Source: an uncultured bacterium (GTDB lineage: Bacteria; Chloroflexota; UBA5177; JANWHV01). From it: DNA of 64,000 bases. Made by a program: the position numbers and the translations under genes. The stretch covers positions 57,467-121,466 of the forward strand of contig CAVSOU010000005.1 in the NCBI GenBank assembly GCA_963729625.1, given 5' to 3'. The notes beneath the pieces are model-generated. The model saw only the letters and a program-made list of their open reading frames with translations, had not been told where the DNA came from and did not search any database. Shown here in pieces: positions 21,677 to 32,162 of this stretch. Position 1 is the stretch's first letter. Every line of letters starts with the position of its first letter.

Positions 21677-22801
21677 TCAGCCCTTGTTGCCCGCTCGCCG
21701 CTCTGCCTGCAGGCTCTTGTAAACCGCCGCGACAAAGTCGCGCGTCGTCCATGATCCGCTGCTGGCACCAAAACGCGCGGCATCGCACGCGTTGGATCGG
21801 CCGCTTGCACCTGGGCAAGGCTCATTTTCTGGTCCGATCAGCGCGGCAATGCGATCGCGGACGATCGTAAGCATATCCCGATAGTTTAAAACGTCTGCCT
21901 GATCGCACAGATGCCCGCGTCCTGGGATGATCAAGGTCCCATACCAGCCCTGCCACCGCGGCGCTGGCGGTATCGTCAGTTGCTCGACCAGGAGGTTCAA
22001 GGCGTTGATCTCGCCCTGTATGCTGCCACCGTGCTCGACGTCGATGACCGGAAAGCGGGTAACGTCGAAGATGTTGCCAGTGACGATCACGTCGGCCTGG
22101 CGCAGCATGACGATGGCGTCGCCATCCGAGTGCGCCGCCGGCATCCAGAGCGCCTGAATTCCCTGACCATTGACGGCAAAACTTGCGGCCGGACGCGTGA
22201 ATGCATCGGTCGGCGTGCTATCCGCCCCGGACCCCTGCGAGAGTCGCAGCAACACATTCTGATGCGCGATTACCGGCGCCTTACCGTCGCTGTGTACGGC
22301 TCTGTCCATATAGCCAAACTGGCGGCTGACCGCAACGATCGCGCCAATGCAGGCTACCCGGTCGGCATCGGCACTGGTCTCGATCACGTAACGGATCGGC
22401 CCTTGAATAACCTGTTGAACCGCCATCACCACGGCCGGACAGTCGCTGCCCCCACTGTCGACAACCACCGTTCCCTGCGGGCCCGTCAACAATGCAAAAT
22501 TGGCACCGCCAGCCGTGAGCATGTAGACGTTCGGACGCACCTGTAACGCGCTGACCGGGCCTACGGTCAGCGACTGGTTTGCCGGCAGCAGAGTGCTCGC
22601 GTGAGCCGCGGTATCAGGCTGAATAACCGATGGGGCCGCGGCATCGTTGGGCCCCAAGCCCGGGTTGAGGTCAACCGCCAGAGAGCCGAGCGTTTGCGTC
22701 GTTATGTCTTGACCAATCGCCACAGCCGACAGCCCTACGCATGCGCCGAGCAGTGCCGTGGCCAAACCGTTCAACCCACCAAACAGAGAAGGTCTTCGCA
22801 T
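21677..22801 (-). CDS. Secreted MBL-fold protein (MBL2) with degenerate metal-binding motifs
   Basis: Paralog of 17711-18745 (PIRYVI, AHSDGD, FPVID..GGSIQG, YRDMLTIVRDR) but HxHxDH reads SADADR, GD reads GN and PGHG reads PGRG. Confidence 0.75.
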   Translation of the reverse strand: MRRPSLFGGLNGLATALLGACVGLSAVAIGQDITTQTLGSLAVDLNPGLGPNDAAAPSVIQPDTAAHASTLLPANQSLTVGPVSALQVRPNVYMLTAGGANFALLTGPQGTVVVDSGGSDCPAVVMAVQQVIQGPIRYVIETSADADRVACIGAIVAVSRQFGYMDRAVHSDGKAPVIAHQNVLLRLSQGSGADSTPTDAFTRPAASFAVNGQGIQALWMPAAHSDGDAIVMLRQADVIVTGNIFDVTRFPVIDVEHGGSIQGEINALNLLVEQLTIPPAPRWQGWYGTLIIPGRGHLCDQADVLNYRDMLTIVRDRIAALIGPENEPCPGASGRSNACDAARFGASSGSWTTRDFVAAVYKSLQAERRAGNKG

Positions 22802-23352
22802 GGATCGCCCCTAGACCGCTGTTAGCCTGATCATTTTGCCGCTCCGTCTCCGGGCATCGATCTGACACTTGTCCATCATCTACGCCGTCCAACTTCGTTG
22901 AACGCTATTGCCCCACGCACGTAACTTGTACATCGACGTTTTTGTCGGCGCATGGTTTTATCGCCTAACCCTCCAGCACGGCGCTCCGGCTGCTGCATCG
23001 AATCAACACTTGCGTTCTGAGCCAAGCTGACCATCGGTGGCTCCCGTGCAACACATGGATGACCGCCCTGCACCTTCGCGTCAGTCCGCTTGGACGGGAT
23101 GGACAAGAATGAATGGGGCTGTCCAAGCTGCGTATCGGGTCAGCATAAGAATAGGGCCTTTGCTTCGTGAGTACATCAAGAATGCCAGGGCGTCGACTTG
23201 CAAGTAGAGCTCGGCCATGTTCGCCAACAGCTTCCGGTGGGAACAACCATCCGCCATTTCTACAGGAAAGAAGGGAGGCCCGATGCGCTGGCGATGCCGT
23301 TTCTGCTGCGTTGGGACCGCTAGGCCACTTAATGGCGGGCCGTGCGCAGCGC

Positions 23353-23967
23353 CTAGTTCGCCTTCTTGCCCGGGGCCAGCGCGCCCTGCTTCTTCGGCAG
23401 TTCTGAAAGCGGCTTGAGCAGGAATTCCGGCAGCTTGCTGGGAATTTCCGCCGCATCCCAATGCTCCATCAGCTTACCGTCCTTCACGCGCCAGGCGTCA
23501 AACCAGAACGCTTCGTAATACTTCCCCTTGTACTGCGGGTCGGGAAGGTAGCGCTGCTGCAGCACAACGATCATGTCGCAATCGGCCATGACCTTATAAA
23601 GCGGGTTGCCCTTGGGTGCGTCGGGCGGAGGGGGCGCAAACGGGCCATCACCGCTCAGCATCATGGGCATCAGCGCGTTGAATTCCTCAATACCATGGAG
23701 ATGATTGATCTCCCCGAAGCGCTTGAATTCGGGATTGTGCTGCACATAGCCCTTGTCCATGATGGCATTCACCTTCCCGATGTCTTCGGGCTTCGGCGAT
23801 GCCTGGAACCACGGTTGGAACATGGTGGGCGCAAGCTTCTTGTTCGCCTCGATCGTGGCTTGATCCGGGCACACCGATTCACCCTTGCCACTGCCGGTCG
23901 CCGCCTGCACCGCTACTGCCGGCAGCATATTCGCCAATACTATCGCTCCGAATAGCAAGTAACGCAT
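23353..23967 (-). CDS. Secreted SnoaL/NTF2-like protein
   Basis: Signal peptide; EANKKL, YVQHNP, FDAWRVKDGKLMEHWD. Confidence 0.8.
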   Translation of the reverse strand: MRYLLFGAIVLANMLPAVAVQAATGSGKGESVCPDQATIEANKKLAPTMFQPWFQASPKPEDIGKVNAIMDKGYVQHNPEFKRFGEINHLHGIEEFNALMPMMLSGDGPFAPPPPDAPKGNPLYKVMADCDMIVVLQQRYLPDPQYKGKYYEAFWFDAWRVKDGKLMEHWDAAEIPSKLPEFLLKPLSELPKKQGALAPGKKAN

Positions 23968-24210
23968 TTCAATGTCTCCGGGAAGGTCTGGTTGCAAAGG
24001 GTCCGCAGGGATTCACGGTCCGGTCTTGCACATCAGCGTTTTCACCGCGTATTCGACGTCCGCACTGCCACCACAGCAATAGTGCGTGCACTGACCCGCC
24101 GGGGGGCGGCGATAACGGCCAGCTTAGTGGTCGACTCCTCTTGCTCCTCGCGACAATCATGCCGGCAGCGCCACGCATGGCGCTGCCGGCTCTTCCTGCG
24201 CTACGGTTGA

Positions 24211-26529
24211 TCAGAAACTCTTTCGGACCCTGAGGCCGATCTGCCTTGGCGCCCCGTAGTACTCGGTGTTGTTGAAGTAGCCGGACACATACGTCGCGTT
24301 CGCCAGGTTCTTGACGTAAACCTGCGTCAGCCACGAAGCATCTTCGTAACTGACCGATGCGTCCCATATGTTACGAGCAGGCATCAGATAGAAATTGTCA
24401 TTCTGGAAAAGGGAGGCGAACTGCTTGTCCGTATGGGTGAAGCTGACCACCGGGCGGATCGTCGCCGACCCCACCCGGATCGCATAGTCCACGCTCGCGT
24501 TGGCAGTGAGCTTCGGAGAGTAGGGGTTCTGCTCGCCGCTGATGTGCTCAGCGTAAGCTGCGTAGGGAAAGCCGCTGGCCGGAAACAACGCCGGCACGGC
24601 TTGCACCACGGCCGGGAGCAGGTATCCAGCAACCACCCCGCCGCTGATCAAGGCGTCCGGGCTGGTGACAGCCCCGAGTTTCGAGTTGTTATAGGCAGCG
24701 CTTAGGTTCACCCCCAACCCACCGAAATTCGACTGGATCGACGCCTCGAGGCCCTTGATGGTCGAGTTCCCGAGATTGACTACCTCGTCTGAGTACCCGG
24801 CATGCGCGTTGAAGATGTCTTCCTGCATGCCTTTGTAGAGCATGTAGTAGGCGCCCAAGCGGGTCTGCACGTGGCCATCAAAGAACCGGCTGTTTATGCC
24901 GACCTCGTAGTCGTCAACGTGCTCGTCCTCAAATGGCGCCCCCGTCGCAACGTTCACGCCTCCGGATTTGTATCCCCTTGACCAGAATCCATAGATGAAC
25001 TGGTCCTCGACCGGCGACCAATTGAGCCCGACTTTGGCCGTCGGTGTGTTGGACTTGAACTGCCCGGTGTTCGGGAGCACCGCAATCGGCGGGCCAACCG
25101 GTCCGTTGACGGTGATCGAGCCGCCGTTGAAGTTGTTGTCCCAGTTCTCCCGGACGCCCACCTGCAGCTGCAACGTATCAAGGAACTTGTAACTGAGCTG
25201 GCCGAACACGCCAACACTGCGAGTCACCGTCAAGATGTCGAGCGCGGTCTCGGGGCTGGGGCCAGAGTTCAACGGCCCGGCGGGCGGCAGGGAAAGGCGG
25301 TTAGAGCTTAGGTAGACGGGCGTGTTCCTGTAGAACGACGCGGCGCCGGCCACCCAAGTGAGCCTGCCGGTATCAGGTGATATCGCATTGATCTCCTGGT
25401 AATAATTGCGGTCGCTCGGGCCTATCTGCGTGTAGGTGATGCCGTCGTTGAACTTGTCGCTGCTGTTTTCCAAGGTCGTACGGAAATAGTGGCTCTGGTA
25501 GCCCGTCTGCGACCGCAGCACCACTCCGTTCGGTAGCGTGTAACGCAGCTCCAGACCGTATCGGTCCATCTGGCTGTCGTTGATCAGGCCCGTGGTCTCG
25601 TAGTTGAGCACTAACGGCTGGTGCGTCGAATAGGCGTACGAGGAGACATACTGCGTCTGCCCGGGAACGAGCGGGTTCGGGAACGGATTCTGGTTGGGCT
25701 GGCCGGCAACGCCGTCGGTGTTGCTCTGGTTGAGCTCGACCTTCAAGAGGGCCTGGAAGTCTGCACTGGGCTTCCAGAGCCCGCTGATGCGGATATTGAG
25801 GTCATTAACCTGGCCTGGATCGCTGATCGGTTCGCCGGCTGGCGTGAGATTCTGCGAGCCGATGTCCCGGTAAAAACTCCCGCGGTGCTCTGCGTTGAAC
25901 CCGACCCGGAAAGCCAGCTCATCGTTGACCGGCATGTTAACGGCACCGTCGAAGCGACGATCCGTGTAGGTACCGAGGATGCCCTCAAAGTAGCCTTGAA
26001 CTCCGGCAAGGCTAGGATCGGCGGAGTTGATCAGCAGTGCCCCACCGGTTGAACTGGCGCCGACAAACGTACCCTGGGGACCCCGGAGCACCTCTAGACC
26101 GCGCAGGTCGTAAAACGGCTCGCCGAGGGCATTGGTCTCGACATCGGGCAGGCCATCCCTGATCACGGCCACGCCGGTGGTGACCGCGGGATTGAACGAG
26201 GAATTGCCCACGCCGCGGATGTTGATGTTCTGGAACGTGCCTGCCGTACCGTTCACCGTGAAGCTTGGCACGACAGACTGAAGATCCTCGAGCGATGTGT
26301 TGGGCTGCACGCTCTCGAGCTGGCTTGCCGGGATCGCGGTTATCTGTATGGGTATCGCCAGGATGTCGACGGACCGACGCTCAGCGGTGACCATGATTTC
26401 TTTCAGCTGGCCCACATCTTCGGCCTCCTGCTGGGACGTGCCCATGGCCTGTTGCGCATACGCAACAGGACCAACAAGAGACAGGCTGATGGCTACGGCA
26501 ACGCTCTGTCGGATCTGCATTGAACGCAT
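24211..26529 (-). CDS. TonB-dependent receptor
   Basis: TonB box EIMVTAERR, plug INIRGVG...LEVLRGPQGT, YSRGYKSGG-like motif, C-terminal PRQIGLRVRKSF. Confidence 0.93.
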   Translation of the reverse strand: MRSMQIRQSVAVAISLSLVGPVAYAQQAMGTSQQEAEDVGQLKEIMVTAERRSVDILAIPIQITAIPASQLESVQPNTSLEDLQSVVPSFTVNGTAGTFQNINIRGVGNSSFNPAVTTGVAVIRDGLPDVETNALGEPFYDLRGLEVLRGPQGTFVGASSTGGALLINSADPSLAGVQGYFEGILGTYTDRRFDGAVNMPVNDELAFRVGFNAEHRGSFYRDIGSQNLTPAGEPISDPGQVNDLNIRISGLWKPSADFQALLKVELNQSNTDGVAGQPNQNPFPNPLVPGQTQYVSSYAYSTHQPLVLNYETTGLINDSQMDRYGLELRYTLPNGVVLRSQTGYQSHYFRTTLENSSDKFNDGITYTQIGPSDRNYYQEINAISPDTGRLTWVAGAASFYRNTPVYLSSNRLSLPPAGPLNSGPSPETALDILTVTRSVGVFGQLSYKFLDTLQLQVGVRENWDNNFNGGSITVNGPVGPPIAVLPNTGQFKSNTPTAKVGLNWSPVEDQFIYGFWSRGYKSGGVNVATGAPFEDEHVDDYEVGINSRFFDGHVQTRLGAYYMLYKGMQEDIFNAHAGYSDEVVNLGNSTIKGLEASIQSNFGGLGVNLSAAYNNSKLGAVTSPDALISGGVVAGYLLPAVVQAVPALFPASGFPYAAYAEHISGEQNPYSPKLTANASVDYAIRVGSATIRPVVSFTHTDKQFASLFQNDNFYLMPARNIWDASVSYEDASWLTQVYVKNLANATYVSGYFNNTEYYGAPRQIGLRVRKSF

Positions 26530-26757
26530 GGTGTCTAAATCCCCCCTTCTTCTTAACTTAGAGTTGGCCTGACTGTAATACCCAGTCGACTATCCCCTCA
26601 GGTGCCAAATACCCAGCACCTCCCATTCGTTGGGTGTGCCAGGGATACACTGGGGGCTGAGTAGCCGTCTTCACCCTGGCCGCGTAGGCCCGTGGCACAA
26701 TTTTGACGGGTGGTATTCTTCGATTAGTCCCATTCGCTCGGGTCAGCACAAACCACA

Positions 26758-27349
26758 ATGATTGCCGGTAGCCGCGGATTCCTGGAGATGACCCGTGCCA
26801 GGCTTGGGCGCCAAGCCAAGAACCTGGAATCAGAGCCTTACGTGCTGGTGAGAGCCCCAGCCGGCTATGGAAAGTCGGTACTACTCCGTCACTGGCTCGC
26901 GGAATCCAAGGCACGTCGCCAGCCATTTGCGCAGCGCCATCTCACTGGCTGCACCCGGCCACTATCTGCGCTCTATCCTCGACGGTGGCCGGCAACTCGG
27001 AGCCTTGCTGCTCGACCACCCGAGCCTCGGCGCAAGCCTGTCGGACGATGGCAACTCTTTCGGCGCTACGCTTGTCAGTGCCTTTGAAAAGGTACCGAGT
27101 CGCACTTCTTCGGGCCTCTCGAGGCCATGCAAGGATTCTGCCCCACCCAATCTGCTCGCTACGCTGAACAGCCGCGACCGTGAATTGCTGCAACTCATCG
27201 CATCCGGGCTAACCAACCGCGAGGTCACAGTACGCATTGCGAGCAGTGAGGGTACCGTGAAGTGGTACCTACATCACTTGTATTCAAAGCTGGGCGTCAA
27301 TCGCCGCACCTTGGCGGTCATGCGTGCGCGCGAACTCGGCATAGCTTAA
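26758..27349 (+). pseudogene. Internally deleted MalT-like LuxR regulator
   Basis: Walker A LVRAPAGYGKSVLLRHW followed within about 300 bp by the LuxR HTH (RDRELLQLIASGLTNREV..SEGTVKWYLHHLYSKLGV..RT.AV.RARELG). Confidence 0.75.
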
Positions 27350-27590
27350 GCGGGAGACCCCGGAATTGGCTTCGCCATCGCGCGCCTGGAATCCCCCGGA
27401 CTACTGCTGGTCCGGCAGTCGCCGAAGTGCGAATTCGACTCCGCAGGCGCTCATCCAGAGTGCATTCCACGGCTGTGACCAATGACTTGGCCGCGGGCAG
27501 CGTGCCCGCGGCCAAGTGAAGCCGGCCAGATTAATGCCTGCGGGGAGCGCGAGACGTCCAGCGCATGCCGCCCCAACCCGCACCGGTGAC

Positions 27591-29856
27591 CTAGCGCACA
27601 GTCCCGGAAGACGCATTGGCCCGGTCCGCCGTCACGCAGATGTAGTCCACGGGCGCCTCCACAAGTTCGCTAGTCGCCTGCGCCACAAGCGGCCAGGCGC
27701 AGACCGAACGTATACCGAACACAGGCTCGAACACAAAGCCCACCGGCGGCGGCACAGGAGTGTTGCGCCGCCGGGGCGTGATCGACAAGCAACACGTCCG
27801 GTGCGCGTCCACGCTGCACCCACTCGTCGAGCGCCGCAACCCAGTGGCCCCGAAACGTGTCGCCCTTCTGCCCGGAAGGCACGACGAACAGGCGATAGAA
27901 TTGACGCGCCGGTTCGATGCCACCTGCGCGCGCGCCCACGGCCTCATAGCCCTTGATCGCGTTGTCGGCCACCAGGGGCTGCGTGCCGCCACCGTGGTAT
28001 TCAATAATCTTGCCGCCGCGCGCCGCGAAGGCCGAGAGATCGGGTGCGGCCGAGCCCATCGAAGCCGGCGCGCCGTCGGCTGAGCCGACCACGAGGCCAT
28101 CGAAGTCCGCCGGGTTCGCCTGCACCTCGGCCAGAACCTGCGCCACGTCAGCCGAGCGGCTGTCGCGGTACGAGTAGCGGGGCGCTGCGCCGTAGAATGC
28201 CCCTATGAGCGCCTTGGCGATGACCGCGCCATCGCGCGCGCTGCCGCTCGCATCGCCAGCAGCCACCGCATAACCCTGCGCCAGCGCGTCGGTCATCGCC
28301 GCTGCGTCGGCGTTACCGAGCAACAGGAAACTGGCATTCCAACCAGCCGTCGGCAGCCACACCTGCACGCTGCCCACGCCCTTTCGACTCGATCCACGCT
28401 GCGCCGTGGCTTCGCAATGCGCTGGCACCTCCTGCCGGAAAGCCTGCCGGTCCAAGGCCGTTGACGCAGGCACGTCGATGGCACCCGCCGGCGCATCCTT
28501 GGCGCCTTGCACGCGGCCTTGTGCCAGTTTCACCGAGGCCAGCTGTGCACAGCCGATGACCGGAGCTTGCTCGGGCCGCGCCACCTGGGCCGTCAGCGCA
28601 CCGACGCCGTTGGCGATGACCGCGCCAGCCAGTGCTTCCAGCGGGGCGCGCCCGGAGCGTTTGTCGACCACGACTTTGCCATCCTTGAGCACGACCACGG
28701 TGTTGAGCAGCGCATGGAAATCGTCGAAGGGATTGCCCTGCACCAGCACGATGTCGGCGCGCTTCCCGGGCTCGATTGTGCCGATCTGGTCCTGTAAGCC
28801 GAGGAACGTGGCGGTGTTGATCGTCAGGATACGGATCACATCCTGCATCGAGAACATCACCATCAGCGACTTGAGCTCGTGCTCGAGCACATCGCGCACC
28901 GGATAGTTCTGGTCGCTGCCGAAACCGAGTCCCCTGCCATGCGACGCATCCCAGAGGCGACGCGCATTGATCAGCGTGTAGGCACCCTCGGTGCCGGTCG
29001 CGCGGCCTTTCGGATCGCGGTTCGGGTCCACGATCGACTCTGGCCAGCGCAGCCCCGAACGAAAGCGCGGCGTGTCATCCTGCGCGAACACGTCGATAAT
29101 CGGCGCGCCGAAACTGATCAGGTCGAGCACGATCGTGCCACTGTCGGCAATGTGCGCCGCGTCGTCGAAGCTCATGAAATCCTTGTTGGGCAGGTGTACC
29201 TGGTGGCGCACGCCGGCATCGGTTGCAGCGACCATGGCTGGCGTCGAGACCGCATGCACCAGGATCTCAACGCCCAGCTTCTTGCCCTCATCAACCAGTG
29301 CGCTGAGCATTGCCACCTCCTGCGGCGTGAGGCCCGGCGCCGGCATCATCGGCAGCTCGCCGGTGTACTTGATGCCCTGGGCGGCCATAGTCCGGAGTGC
29401 CTCGCGGCCCTTTTCCGGTGGCTGGTCCAGACCGAAGATGCCGGCCGATGCCAACACGTGCGGGCCGTTGATCAAGCCGAAATCAATGTGCCGCGCGAGC
29501 GCGAGCGTACCTTCGGCAGGGCCACCGCCCGCAAGCACGGTCGTGAAGCCGTTCTCGATCAGGTCAGCCAACTGCTCTTTTTCGTAGGGTCCGGTGTTGA
29601 TGTGCTTGTGGCCATCGACCAGGCCGGGCACTGCGGTCATGCCGCGCGCGTCGACGACGGTGCCCACAGGCTGGGCCGGGCGACCCGGGCCGACCGCAAC
29701 GATGCGGCCATCATGGACGGCTATGTACCCGCTCTGAATGACCGGACCATTGCCGACCGCGATGCGTGCGCCCACGATGGTGGCGTCCTGCGCCCAACCC
29801 GCTTGAGCGGCCGCGAGCATCAGCCCGGCGACCAGTGCCTGACCTACTGGATTCAC
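27591..29856 (-). CDS. Secreted amidohydrolase fused to a degenerate tannase/feruloyl-esterase-like domain; C-terminal frameshift
   Basis: PGLVDGHKH, HAVS, GSD, GTIEPGKRADIVLVQGNP; then VWLPTAGWN, ALAQGYAVAA, FYGAAPRYSY, PADFDGLVVG, PDLSAFAARGGKIIEYHG, ALDEWVQRGRAPD, CAWP. Confidence 0.75.
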
Positions 29857-30113
29857 GTCATACCTCCACTCATGTTGCAGTCATTTTCTTCAGACACACG
29901 GGCCTGTTTCTAACTTAGCGCAGCACACCGTCCTTGAATAGCCGCCTTGCCTGCAGTTCGATCGTGCCGCCAACCAGGTCCGCGGGCACTCATGGTGCTA
30001 CTTGGACCGGGGCTCCTACGCAGGAAGCCGCCAGCGCAACGTCACCCACTCGTACGCATGCTCATCCAGATCAGGAAAGAATGGGTTGGGTGGCATCTCC
30101 GCCCTGAGGAAGG

Positions 30114-31532
30114 GATCGTGTCCCAGCGAGTGGTGTATGAGTCGTGAGTTCTGGTCAGGTTGGACTCATGCTCAGTTGACGACGGCCGACAACCGAACGG
30201 CTTGATTGTTGCTCAAGGACTGCAGGCCCTCAAGCTGCATGTAGCGGCGCTGCAGTTGCCACTCGTCGTTTTGCTCCAGCAGCAGCGCCCCGACGAGGCG
30301 TATCACAGCGTTTTCGTTGGGGAAGATGCCGACGACGTCGGTCCGGCGCTTGATCTCGGCGTTGACCCGCTCCAGCGGGTTGGTGCTGTGGATCTGGGTC
30401 CGGTGGGCCTTCGGGAAGCTCATGTACGCCAGCACATCGGCCTCGGCGGTGTCCATCAGGTCCGCGAGCTTGGGGAACTTCGCGCGCAGCTGATCGGCGA
30501 CGACACGCCACTGCTGCGCTTGCCGAGTCGAACGAGTCCTGCGCGAACGCGGTGTTGATCGCCGCCAGCACCATCTGCCGCTGGCCCTTGCCGGCGTGCG
30601 CCAGGGCGTTCCGCAGGAAGTGCACCTTGCAGCGCTGCCACGTGGCGGCCAGCACCTTGGCGGCGGCGGCCTTGAGGCCTTCGTGGGCGTCGGAGATCAC
30701 AAGCTTTACGCCCCGCAGACCGCGGCGGGTGAGGGAGCGCAGGAACTCGGTCCAGAAGGGCTCTGCTTCGCTCGGCCCGACCGCCATGCCGAGCACTTCG
30801 CGCACGCCGTCGGTGTTGACCGCTACGGCGATTATTACGGCCTTGGAGACGATCCGGCCGGCCTCCCGTGCCTTCACGTAGGTCGCATCGATCCACAGGT
30901 ATGGCCAGTCCCCTTCGATGCGGGCGATCGAGGAACGCATGAACGCGTTCGTCGATCTCCCCGCAGAGCCTGCGACCTGGCTCTTGGAGATCCCGGTCAT
31001 GCCCATGGCCTTGACCAGCTCGTCGACCGAGCGGGTGGAGACGCCCTGGATGTAGGCCTCCTGGATCACCGCCGCCAGCGCCTTCTCCCCCGTGCGGCGC
31101 GGCTCCAGGAACCCCGGGAAGTAGCTGCCCTGAGCGCAGCTTGGGGATCTTCAGATCGACCGAGCCGGCGCGGGTCTCCCAGAGCCGCTCCCGGTAGCCG
31201 TTGCGGCTGTTGGCCCGGTCCGGACTGCGCTCGCCGTAGGCGGCGGCGCAGAGGCCCTCGGCGTCCATCTCCATCATCCGCTGGGCGACGTACTGGATCA
31301 TCTGCCGCAGCAGATCCGTGTCTGCCCCCTTCTCGATGAGCTCGGACAGTGCAATGCTTGGCTTGGTGGTCATCGTGGTGTTCTCCGGTTGAAGTCCGGT
31401 GTGGTAACCAAACCTTAAACCAGGACCCACGATGGCCGCCTTCCCGTCGCCTGCGGCGACGTCGGCGCTACCTCTCCGAGCTAAAAGCTCAGATCAGCAA
31501 ATCCCTCATACACCACGGGATGGGACGTCAGC
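30114..31532 (-). mobile_element. IS256-family insertion sequence
   Basis: Inverted ends GTCCCAGCGAGTGGTGTATGAG (30120-30141) and CTCATACACCACGGGATGGGAC (31505-31526); no target duplication recognised; outer ends inferred from IS256 end spacing. Confidence 0.85.
30172..31373 (-). CDS. IS256-family transposase; frameshifted
   Basis: [74 protein letters not shown]. Confidence 0.92.
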
Positions 31533-31639
31533 AGAAGTGTTGCCCGGCCGCTATCGCCGCGTGCACATCTTCGAAGCCAATGCCACGCTCAGCCCAGAGC
31601 AGCCTGTTCTTGGCCTCGCTCCAGCGATAAGTCTTCGCT
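31533..31639 (-). pseudogene. 5' fragment of a BrnT-like toxin cut off at the IS256 end
   Basis: Manual translation KTYRWSEAKNRLLWAERGIGFEDVHAAIAAGQ resembles the W...KN..L..ERGISFE N-terminus of BrnT-like toxins. Confidence 0.55.
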
Positions 31640-31780
31640 GGACAAGACCATTACAATGTGTGCCGTTTGTCATCGGCTGCTCCAGCGCTGGTGTAGTTCG
31701 TCACCTCAGAAAGAGCGCGCCGGCGCACTGACATGTGTACCCGCGCATCTAGACGGAAAAGGCTGGAAATCTTCGTTTTG

Positions 31781-31943
31781 TCCGGAGTAGCCCAGGCCAA
31801 TCCTCGAGGCGCCACGGACATCCAGCCAAATCCACCCATCTCGTTGTAGCTAGATCAGTAGCTTACTTGGCGCAGCACTTCTTTTCGCAGCTGTGTCAAT
31901 TGGTTAGGGAGGTGGGGAGAAGCGGGTGCAGAATCTGGAGCAG
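31781..31943 (+). repeat. att junction 3
   Basis: About 160-bp diverged repeat of 35087-35249; TGTAGCT (31845), AGTAGCT (31857), TCAATTGGTTA, core GGTGCAGAATCTGGAG (VQNLE). Confidence 0.78.
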
Positions 31944-32162
31944 TTTGCGCAGCAAACTACTCCAGATCGCTCACAAGGCCGGGCATATGTCAGCAACGGC
32001 GCGTGGTGGCCGCCCTGTTGTGGCCCTGATTGTTATCACGAGCGGCCAGTGCGCATCCTGAGTATCGTGGCGATTCGCACCGAAACACGACGCTCGGAAA
32101 TGGCTCAGCAGGGGCGTTCACACGTGAACTCGCGGCGCGGCATCAACCATGATGTGCGGCTG

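Noticed and set aside
30100-31545. IS256 target-site duplication
   Set aside because: Flanks GAGGAAGG and AGAAGTGT do not match
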